Assembly: GCA_023953615.1 (NCBI GenBank)
Contig: JAMLJH010000001.1
Span: forward strand, 473,360 to 537,359
Source: Verrucomicrobiia bacterium
GTDB taxonomy: Bacteria > Verrucomicrobiota > Verrucomicrobiia > Limisphaerales > JADLHS01
Length of the DNA: 64,000 bases
Direction of reading: 5' to 3'
Below, one piece after another: positions 1 through 7,671 of the stretch. Numbering within the stretch: position 1 is the first letter of the stretch; every line of letters begins with the position of its first letter. Made by a program: the position numbers and the translations under genes. Under the pieces are notes generated by a model. It worked only from the letters and a program-made list of their open reading frames with translations, was not told the DNA's origin and made no database searches.

Positions 1-1028
1 CGGAAATCCAGCGCTTCGTTCCGGCGGCCGTGGCGGGATTCAAGCAACAGCTCAAACTTTCTGACGAGCAGTTGGACCAGGCCTGGGCCACGACGTCCGC
101 GTTCAGCGATCCGCGCTTCGTCCAGGAATTGGCCGGGCTGGCGGCGGGCGCGGAGATACCGATTCGCGCGCTGCAACACGCGCATTGTCTGCCGCTGTTG
201 ATGCCGTATTCGTGCAGTGCGGTTGCCGTCTGGGGCAAGGCCAGCGCGGATGGGCATCTGTATCAAACACGCGACCTGGATTGGAATCTTGAGGTCGGCG
301 CGCACAATTTTCCCGCGCTGGTGGTTTATCTGCCATCGGTCGGTCAAGCCCACGTCCTGCCCACGTTCGCGGGAATCATTGGGGCGAATTGCGGCATGAA
401 CGCGGCGGGTATCGCACTCTCGGAAATGGGCGATTCACCTGAACGCGAGATGCCGTATTTCCTCCAAGCCCCGCATTTCACAGCGTGGTTCCGCACGGTG
501 CTTTACGACGCTCCCGCCCTGTCGGGCGCGTTGGACCTCTTCAAGCAACAGCCCATGACCAAGCGCTACCATTTCGTGTTTGGCGATGGGCGAGCGGAAA
601 AGCGCGCCGTCAAAATTCGCGCTCATAGTCCCGAGTCGGGCGACGACCGAATCCGCATCTGGCGCGACAACGATCCGACGGATGAATTTGCTCCGAATGT
701 GCTGGCGGACGTGGTTTACAACGACGAAGGGCGCGGCGCGTTTCCAACGCTGCGCCAAAACTACGGCAAGTTCGACGGCGAACGCATGATGCAACTGGCT
801 TGCTCGATTCCGATTCGCGGCGGCAACGTGATGAACACTGTTTTTGACGCGACCGCACTGCGTCTCTGGGTCACCTACGCCGGACCGAGCGACGAGGCTT
901 ATCAGCGACCGGCGGTTTTCCTTGATCTCACCAAGCTGGACGGCGACCACGATGGTCGGCCGGATTTGCAGGAGGGTTCACAACCGGGCAGCGACGGTCG
1001 TCCGGCGTTTCTGGATCAAACCCGCTGA
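1..1028 (+). CDS. C45-family peptidase / acyl-CoA:6-aminopenicillanate acyltransferase-like Ntn hydrolase, 5' end outside window
   Basis: Frame 3 is open from base 3 to the stop at 1026-1028; the listed ORF start at 30 is an internal GTG. The segments 'YSCSAVAVWG..DGHLYQTRDLDW' and 'GIIGANCGMNAAGIAL' fit the nucleophile-Cys and Gly-rich regions of the C45 family. Confidence 0.65.
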   Translation, partial: EIQRFVPAAVAGFKQQLKLSDEQLDQAWATTSAFSDPRFVQELAGLAAGAEIPIRALQHAHCLPLLMPYSCSAVAVWGKASADGHLYQTRDLDWNLEVGAHNFPALVVYLPSVGQAHVLPTFAGIIGANCGMNAAGIALSEMGDSPEREMPYFLQAPHFTAWFRTVLYDAPALSGALDLFKQQPMTKRYHFVFGDGRAEKRAVKIRAHSPESGDDRIRIWRDNDPTDEFAPNVLADVVYNDEGRGAFPTLRQNYGKFDGERMMQLACSIPIRGGNVMNTVFDATALRLWVTYAGPSDEAYQRPAVFLDLTKLDGDHDGRPDLQEGSQPGSDGRPAFLDQTR

Positions 1029-1056
1029 GATTGGTTCGCGGCGTCACCCGGGATGA

Positions 1057-2652
1057 TCACTTCTCAGGTTGCGTCTGCCGCTCGGACCACAACTCGATCG
1101 CGCGCATCACGCGCAGCGGGTAGTCCGTTTGGATCAGGTCAATCCCCCATTCCATCGCCCGCAAATACTCCTCGACCCGCTCGAATTCGCCGAGCGCATC
1201 GGAAAACACTTTGATGCCGAGTGCGTGACAGCGAGCGATCAATTCTGGCGACAGGATTTTCCAATCCACATCCACGGCGTAAGGCTTCAGTCGGGCGACC
1301 GCCTCCAACTGCTCCACCTGGCGCAACGGCGGCAGCCCGCGCAGGGCGGGATTGAGCGCTTGCAGTTGCGCGATGAACTGCGGCGATTGATAAATCACCG
1401 TGCGCTCAATCATACCCTGCGCTTTCAAGGAACTGGCGACCAGGTCAGCGGGAATTTGTTTGGCGTCAAAATAAAAATTCACCCTCCCCGCAAAGGCGGC
1501 CATGAATTGCTCGAAACCGGGTACTGGGGTTTGGGCGAAGGCGCGACTGAACTTCACCCCGGCATCCAGCGCCTGAACCGTGGCGGTGCTCGCTTCACTG
1601 ATTGGCCCCACTCCGTCCGTGGTACGATTCAAACGCGCGTCATGTAATAGAAAATGACCGCCGTCCCGAGTGGCGCGCACATCAAACTCCACGTAATCCA
1701 CGCCCAACCGGATGGCCTTCTCGAACGCCGGCATCGTATTCTCCGGCGCATATCGGCCGGCGCCGCGATGCAAGGAGATTTGCACTGGTCGTTGGGTGAT
1801 GCGCCGCCACAAGGCGTGCGCCAGCACCTCCTCGGGCACATCCGTTTGCAACCAGTCCACGCCCGCAACCATGGCGCGTTCCCAAAAATCAGGCTGATCC
1901 CCTGAATCTGCCATCATCGCCTGCACCTTGATGCCTGCGCGATGAAAGGCCGCGACGTTTTCAGGTGTCAAATCCGGCGCCGCAATCGCCACGGCGGTCA
2001 GACCATTTTTCACCGCCCAATCCGCCCCGCCCAACGCCGGTTGCCATTGGGTCATCGTAGCGATCTTGCCGCCGCTCAACCACCGAACCTGCCGACATTC
2101 TTTCGCATTCAAACAAACTACCACCTGCGCTTCCATGTGCGCGTCCAAAATCTCCCGAACGAGCTGCGCCACATCCGCCGCTCTACCCTCGAGCAAAAGA
2201 TTCAGCCGACCGCGACAAAGCGCGAAACCATCTTCCAACGCGAGCAACGTCGTGCCTCGAAAGCGCTCGGCAAACGTCGCCCCCACGTCCACTCGACGCA
2301 GCGTGGTCCAGTCGGTTTTGTTGATCTTGAAGGTTGCGCCGTTGGTATCGGTGACGCTGGCGGAAGGCGCGAGCACATGCCGGCCGTCGCGAGTGCGACG
2401 CACGACCACTGCGCCCCATTCCAATTGATCTTCGATGCAATGTTCGAGCGCGGGTTGAGTATTGGATGGCGCTGACCGCGCGGCCCCGCCGCAGGCCACG
2501 ACCTGCAGCGCACGCGGCGGTTGCACCGGCTCAAAAAACGGAAACGCAGAGGCAGCCACGCCTGTCGCCGCCGCCAATCCGAGCGAAAGCCACTCGCCAA
2601 TAATCGGTAATCGCAACCGGCGAGTCGTGCGGAATGTCATGCCGCGAATCAT
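1057..2652 (-). CDS. Secreted glycerophosphodiester phosphodiesterase family protein with two GDPD-like halves
   Basis: The C-terminal half carries a clear GDPD signature ('HRGAGRYAPENTMPAFEKAIRLGVDYVEFDVRATRDGGHFLLHD'); the N-terminal half is a weaker second copy. I moved the start to the ATG at 2652 ('MIRGMTFRTTRRLRL..' signal-like). The longer ORF reaching 2862 would overlap the divergent neighbour. Confidence 0.75.
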   Translation of the reverse strand: MIRGMTFRTTRRLRLPIIGEWLSLGLAAATGVAASAFPFFEPVQPPRALQVVACGGAARSAPSNTQPALEHCIEDQLEWGAVVVRRTRDGRHVLAPSASVTDTNGATFKINKTDWTTLRRVDVGATFAERFRGTTLLALEDGFALCRGRLNLLLEGRAADVAQLVREILDAHMEAQVVVCLNAKECRQVRWLSGGKIATMTQWQPALGGADWAVKNGLTAVAIAAPDLTPENVAAFHRAGIKVQAMMADSGDQPDFWERAMVAGVDWLQTDVPEEVLAHALWRRITQRPVQISLHRGAGRYAPENTMPAFEKAIRLGVDYVEFDVRATRDGGHFLLHDARLNRTTDGVGPISEASTATVQALDAGVKFSRAFAQTPVPGFEQFMAAFAGRVNFYFDAKQIPADLVASSLKAQGMIERTVIYQSPQFIAQLQALNPALRGLPPLRQVEQLEAVARLKPYAVDVDWKILSPELIARCHALGIKVFSDALGEFERVEEYLRAMEWGIDLIQTDYPLRVMRAIELWSERQTQPEK

Positions 2653-2803
2653 CGTGAAGTCGCGTCTCAATACAAGCCGTAAAAGCGCAAATCCATTCGC
2701 ACCGGGGCGGGAGCTGCCGGACTCACGATTGGCGAACGGAATTGCGTGAGCAGGTTCAGCGTTGCTTGTTCGCGAGCCAAACGCTACAACGCCCGCAACA
2801 ATT

Positions 2804-5734
2804 ATGAAATTGGCAATGAGATTTTCTGGCTCGGGCTGGCGGGTCGCCCTCGGTCTCGTCATCGGAATGTTGTCCAGTCACGGATGGGCCGCACCAACGG
2901 ATCAGGCGCTGCAAGCCCAATGGATCTGGCTCAAGGGCGCGGATGGGTACGCCTACAATCAGGCGGTCGTGGCGCAAAAGAACTTTCATCTCACCCAACC
3001 GGAGCGGGCCGCGCTGCGCATCACAGCGGATAGTTTTTACCGGCTGCTCATCAACGATCAATGGGTGAACGACGGCCCGGCGCGGAGTTGGCCGGAGCAT
3101 TTCCAATACGACGTCATTGACGCAACGCCTTATCTGCGCGACGGCTCGAATGAGATCCGCGTCATCGCGCGTTATTACGGTGTCGGCGATTTTCATCGCG
3201 TGCCCAAGCAGGCCGGGTTGCTCGCGCAATTGGACGTCGCGCTCGCCGATGGCAAAACCATGCGGATCAGCACGGATGACTCCTGGCAGGTGGCGGCGTT
3301 TCCCGCGCTGATCGCCAATACGCCCAAAGTCAGCATCCAAATGGAGCCGGTCGAACTTTACGACGCGCGATTGGCCGAGGCGTTGTCCTTCCAACCCGCC
3401 GCCGTGTTGTTCAACGCGAACGATGGCCCTTGGAAGGACCTGAATCCCCGCGATGTCGCCCTGCTCACCAAGGAACCGTTTGCGTTCAAATCCTTGAGCG
3501 CGGCCAAAGTGGTCAAAGCCGATGGCTGGAATTATTGCGTGCCGGCGGCGCGATTAGTACATCCCGGTTTGATCGAAGCCAATCAGGAAGTCAGTTGCGC
3601 GTTTGGCATGGCGACGATTCTGACCGCCGACCGGGAAACCACGGTGAACCTGCAATCGGAAGGCATGAAGCTCGCCATTGACGGCGCGCGCCGCGACGGC
3701 GCAGTGAAGCTTGCTGCCGGCACCCATTTCGTGCTGGCGTTTCCCAACCAGATGTTTGGGCACGACAAGGAAAAAGCGGTGCGCTTTATGAATCCGCAAG
3801 GATTCAAACTGCACAACCCGTTGCAGCCGGATCGGGAGAATCCATGGGTTTTCATCCGCCTGCCCGATTACGCCATCGCCACCAACGATCTCGTCTGGAT
3901 GCAATTTCGCCGCCACGATTCCTTCGGGGAAGCGGCCCGCGATTACGCCAAAAAGTCCGATGGCTGGCTGACCGCGATCAAGGACACCGCCGCGCTGCAA
4001 CAGACTTTCGGTCGGAATTGCGAGTTGCTGCCCAGCGAACGCATGTTCGTTCAAGATGCGTTCTGGCAATTCACGCAGCGACAGGTGGTCGGCGACGCGA
4101 CGGCGTTGGTAACCAATCCCTCGGGCGCGCTCCACGACAACCCCGAGTTCACCACCATTCAACCCAGCCCGGATGGCGACGTGGAACTGCGGTACGATCT
4201 CGGCGAACAAAACTGCGGTTATTGGAACTTCGATCTCCAGGCGGAGGGCGGAGTGGAGGTGGATCTTTTCGCCGTGGAATACATCGCGCCCGACGGTCGC
4301 ATCCAATTCCCATGGAGCAACCGCAACGGCCTGCGTTACGTCACGAAGCCGGGCAACAACCGTTTCACCTCGCTGAAACGCCGTTCCGGTCGCTACGTTT
4401 ATCTGACCCTGCGCAATCAGCACGCCCCCGTGCGGCTGCGCCACTTCAACCTGATCGAATCCACCTATCCAGTGAATTGCATCGGCAGTTTCAGTTGCAG
4501 CGATGCGCGGTTGGATCGCATCTGGGACATCTCCACGCGCACGCTCAAACTGTGCATGGAAGACACCTACACCGATTGTCCGCTCTACGAGCAAACGCAC
4601 TGGGTCGGTGACGCGCGGAACGAATCGCTGCTGGCCTATGGCGTGTTCGGCGCGCACGACCTGGCGCGGCGTTGCATCAACCTCACCGCGCAATCGCTCG
4701 AACACTATCCGTTTGCCGGCTGCCAAACCCCGTCGGGTTGGGACGTGCTCCTGCCCGCGTGGAGTTTGCTCTGGGGTATTTCCACCTGGGATCATTACTG
4801 GGAAACCGCCGACGCCGAGTGGCTGCGTACCGTTTATCCCGCCGTGATTCAGAACTTGAAAGGTGTGGAAAAATACGTGGATGACCGCGACCTGTTCAGC
4901 GGACCGTTCTGGAATTTCTTTGACTGGGTGAACATTGACCAGGCGCACGAAACCGTTTTGCACAACAGTTTTTTTGTCGTGGGCGCGATTGACGCCGCAC
5001 TGAAGGAAGCCGAGGTGTTGCATGACCCCACGCACGTCGCCTGGCTGAAATCCCTGCGGGCGCGACTGGTCAACGGCATCAACCGCCTTTGGGATGACAC
5101 CAAGCAAGCCTATCCGGATTCCATACACGGCGATGGCTCAGTCAGTTCTTCGATCTGTCAGCACACCAGTTTTCTGTCTCTGCTATACGATGTCGTGCCG
5201 AAGAAACACGCGGCGTCCGCCATCAACAACGTGACGAATCCACCGCCTCAAATGGTGAAAGTGGGGTCGCCGTTCGCCGCGCTGTATCTCTACGAAGCGT
5301 GTGAAAAACTCGGCCTCGACGACGTGATTCTGCGGGAAATTTATCAGCAATACCTGCCGATGGTGGAAGCTGGTGCGACGACCGTGTGGGAAAGTTTTCC
5401 GACTGGCACAACGGGCGGCAGCGGCTTTCCAACGCGCAGCCACGCGCACGCCTGGTCCAGCGCTCCCTCGCGTTTCCTGAATCGCATCGTGCTCGGCGTC
5501 AAGGACACCGCGCCGGGTGCGGCGACGATTCAAATCAGCCCGCGCCTGAACGGTTTGACCTGGGCACACGGCACCACGGCCACGGCGCGCGGTCCCGTGC
5601 AGGTGGATTGGAAGGTTCAAGATAACACCTTGACCGTCACTTACTCCGCTCCCGCCAACGTGAAAGCGACTTTCGTCAAAAACGCCACGCACAACGGCCT
5701 GAAAGTCGTGGTTAACGGCCAAGTGCTGGAATAA
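2804..5734 (+). CDS. GH78-like alpha-L-rhamnosidase family glycoside hydrolase, secreted
   Basis: Signal peptide from the ATG at 2804 ('MKLAMRFSGSGWRVALGLVIGML'). Rhamnosidase N-domain pattern ('LRITADSFYRLLINDQWVNDGP..YDVIDATPYLRDGSNEI'). Six-hairpin catalytic-domain motif 'DCPLYEQTHWVGDARNE' resembles the DCPxRE(R)xGWxGD motif of GH78. Confidence 0.65.
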   Translation: MKLAMRFSGSGWRVALGLVIGMLSSHGWAAPTDQALQAQWIWLKGADGYAYNQAVVAQKNFHLTQPERAALRITADSFYRLLINDQWVNDGPARSWPEHFQYDVIDATPYLRDGSNEIRVIARYYGVGDFHRVPKQAGLLAQLDVALADGKTMRISTDDSWQVAAFPALIANTPKVSIQMEPVELYDARLAEALSFQPAAVLFNANDGPWKDLNPRDVALLTKEPFAFKSLSAAKVVKADGWNYCVPAARLVHPGLIEANQEVSCAFGMATILTADRETTVNLQSEGMKLAIDGARRDGAVKLAAGTHFVLAFPNQMFGHDKEKAVRFMNPQGFKLHNPLQPDRENPWVFIRLPDYAIATNDLVWMQFRRHDSFGEAARDYAKKSDGWLTAIKDTAALQQTFGRNCELLPSERMFVQDAFWQFTQRQVVGDATALVTNPSGALHDNPEFTTIQPSPDGDVELRYDLGEQNCGYWNFDLQAEGGVEVDLFAVEYIAPDGRIQFPWSNRNGLRYVTKPGNNRFTSLKRRSGRYVYLTLRNQHAPVRLRHFNLIESTYPVNCIGSFSCSDARLDRIWDISTRTLKLCMEDTYTDCPLYEQTHWVGDARNESLLAYGVFGAHDLARRCINLTAQSLEHYPFAGCQTPSGWDVLLPAWSLLWGISTWDHYWETADAEWLRTVYPAVIQNLKGVEKYVDDRDLFSGPFWNFFDWVNIDQAHETVLHNSFFVVGAIDAALKEAEVLHDPTHVAWLKSLRARLVNGINRLWDDTKQAYPDSIHGDGSVSSSICQHTSFLSLLYDVVPKKHAASAINNVTNPPPQMVKVGSPFAALYLYEACEKLGLDDVILREIYQQYLPMVEAGATTVWESFPTGTTGGSGFPTRSHAHAWSSAPSRFLNRIVLGVKDTAPGAATIQISPRLNGLTWAHGTTATARGPVQVDWKVQDNTLTVTYSAPANVKATFVKNATHNGLKVVVNGQVLE

Positions 5735-5937
5735 CGAAACCATTCAACCACCTGATCTTGCCACATCCTTTGAACGACCAAGTGCCAACCTTGATTTTTC
5801 CCGGTGCAACCTCTGAAATACGTCGCGTGAAAATAATTGCCACCCGCTCTGAATCGGCCGCGTCAAAAGCAACGCCAACCGTTTCCACCTTTAGCCTCAT
5901 AAAGCCACAGCGCATTCGTGTTGGCTCCGGTTTGCCG

Positions 5938-7062
5938 ATGATAGCGGTGCTCGCACTGGCGCTTTGGTTTTCCGCTGGGCTTAGTCGTGCCGATACATTT
6001 GCCGCTGCGCCAGAGGCTCGTGGGATTTGGGTTCACCTCACCCATTTCAATGCGGATCCGATTCAAGGCAAAGCGGAGGTTCAAGCGTTTGTAGATCGTT
6101 ATGCCGACGCCAATTTCAATCTCGTGCTCCCCTGGGTACTCAGCGAATACATGGCCGCGCTGACCGATCCCGCGTACCAAAGCAGTCAGCCCACCGCCAA
6201 GTGGGACGCGCTGGGAGAACTGGTCCGCTGCGCCCAGCAACGCCATCTGCAGGTGCATTTCTGGTATTCCTTCACTTACTACAAATCGGCGGGCAGTCCG
6301 GATTTCAATCCGCAACACGGCGGCGATCCCGCCTAGGCCGCACGGCGCGTCATGCCTCCCAAAGAACCGGGGCAGCCGCCAGTAGTGTCCGCGCCGATGA
6401 CGGACGTCTGCCCCATGCACCCCGAAGCGCGCGCCTGGCAGGTGAAATTGCTCGAATCCATGCTGGACCGTTATCCGGGGATTTCCATTCACATCGAAGA
6501 ACCGGGGTTTGGTTATCCTGGCAGTTGCGCCTGCGACCTGTGCCAATCATTGTTCCAAAAAATTTATGGCGCGGATCTGGTCGCCTCCATCAACACCCCG
6601 GCGGCGGAGGATTTTCGTTGTCTGGGCATGACGGAGTTCATCCGCGAACTGCGCGCGAAACTGGAACAACGCACGCCACGGCCAATCCTCTCCGTCAACG
6701 GCGGTCCGCTCTGGCGCAATGATCGCCGGCTCGGGCGCGATTGGAAACGCTGGGCGGACTTGGGCTGGCTGGATTATTACGCCTCGCAAAATTATACCGA
6801 CAACTTGGACAACTTCACCCGTCTGACCCAAGGCGTTCTGAAGGATTTGCAGCCCTGCCCCGTGTTCATCGGCATTGGCGTAAAATGGAGTGGTGGCGCG
6901 ACCCCGTTGCCAACGGTTTTGCAGGAAGTGGAACGAGCGCGACAACTCGGCGCTGCGGGCGTCATTCTGTTCAGCGCCTCGGCGCTCACCGACGACGATT
7001 TGGCCACGCTCAAGTCCGGCCCATTCAAACAACCGTCCGAGTATCTCAACGCTCGACGCTAG
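5938..7062 (+). pseudogene. GHL10-family (DUF187/YngK-like) glycosyl-hydrolase-like protein interrupted by an in-frame TAG at 6334-6336
   Basis: ORFs 5758..6336 and 6352..7062 are in the same frame and are separated only by TAG plus 5 codons. Together they read as one TIM-barrel protein: 'GIWVH..FNLVLPWV..' then 'MHPEARAWQVKLLESMLDRYPGISIHIEEPGFGYP'. Signal peptide 'MIAVLALALWFSAGLSRA' begins at 5938. Confidence 0.6.
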
Positions 7063-7183
7063 GGCATTTTAAGTATTCCTATAACCGCCGACATGACGCA
7101 GCGGCCTTCCAACCTCAAGCCAAGCATTGGGGGCAAACGGACGAGCGCCCTGGGTTCGGGGCGAGCACTGGCGCGACCGCGCC

Positions 7184-7261
7184 TTGGACTGCGGCAGTCT
7201 TCTGCCGCTTTCCGGTCGCGGGCCGATGATTCCAAAGCGGCAGAAGACTGCCGCAGTCCAA
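7184..7261. repeat. Perfect 28-bp inverted repeat (arms 7184-7211 and 7234-7261, 22-nt spacer), each arm containing its own 7-bp/4-nt hairpin
   Basis: I checked base by base that the left arm 'ttggactgcggcagtcttctgccgcttt' equals the reverse complement of the right arm 'aaagcggcagaagactgccgcagtccaa'. Inside each arm, 'gcggcag-tctt-ctgccgc' can self-pair. Confidence 0.9.
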
Positions 7262-7375
7262 AACCTCGCGGACAGAGGCGCAATTCCCCATCCGGACCCC
7301 ACCTTCATTGGGTTACACTCGTTCGGTGCCACGGCTACAACTTTAATTAAACCGCTATAGCGCGCGTCACTCCGG

Positions 7376-7446
7376 GTCCCGCCAGGCCGGGCGGGACGAC
7401 TTCCACGTCGTCCCTAACTAATTTGGGACGCGGCGCAACGCATCCC
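7376..7446. repeat. Cluster of three GC-rich hairpins, each with an 8-bp stem and 6-nt loop (REP-like)
   Basis: Hairpins are 7376-7397 (GTCCCGCC/GGCGGGAC), 7393-7414 (GGGACGAC/GTCGTCCC, overlapping the first, so the two exclude each other) and 7425-7446 (GGGACGCG/CGCATCCC, one mismatch). Confidence 0.8.
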
Positions 7447-7460
7447 TCCCAGGGAAATAG

Positions 7461-7480
7461 AACCGCGAAATACACGGAAT
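7461..7480. repeat. Copy 1 of a dispersed 20-mer (18/20 identical to 49925-49944)
   Basis: 'aaccgcgaaatacacggaat' here compares with 'aaccgcgaaacacacgaaat' at 49925. Both lie in intergenic DNA. Confidence 0.7.
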
Positions 7481-7671
7481 GCTCGAACGGGAAGACAAGG
7501 GAATGATTGGCAAAGGAATGGGCATTGGGAGAGCATTGCCGTCCAACCAGCGGTAGTCGTTCGCGTCTCGCGGACGACATCCGGTTCTAAAGTAAACCGT
7601 TCCACTCAAACTGAACCCACCCAGCCAGTCGTGAGCGATTGCGCCGTCGTATTATCGCCTCAACGCAGACA

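Noticed and set aside
2653-2862. 70-codon N-terminal extension of the GDPD ORF.
   Set aside because: It would overlap the start and promoter region of the divergent GH78-like gene. The ATG at 2652 (or 2640) yields a basic-hydrophobic signal-like N-terminus.
3554-5128. 524-aa ORF on the minus strand inside the GH78-like gene.
   Set aside because: It is fully antisense to a gene with clear family motifs. Its translation is rich in R, G, V and H, low in complexity, and has no recognisable domain. This is the typical mirror-frame ORF of GC-rich DNA.
7069-7609. Eight short ORFs (63-92 aa) listed on both strands of the convergent intergenic region.
   Set aside because: They translate the GC-rich hairpin repeats, overlap each other in several frames, and lack plausible starts or RBS context. 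I treat the region as non-coding repeat DNA.
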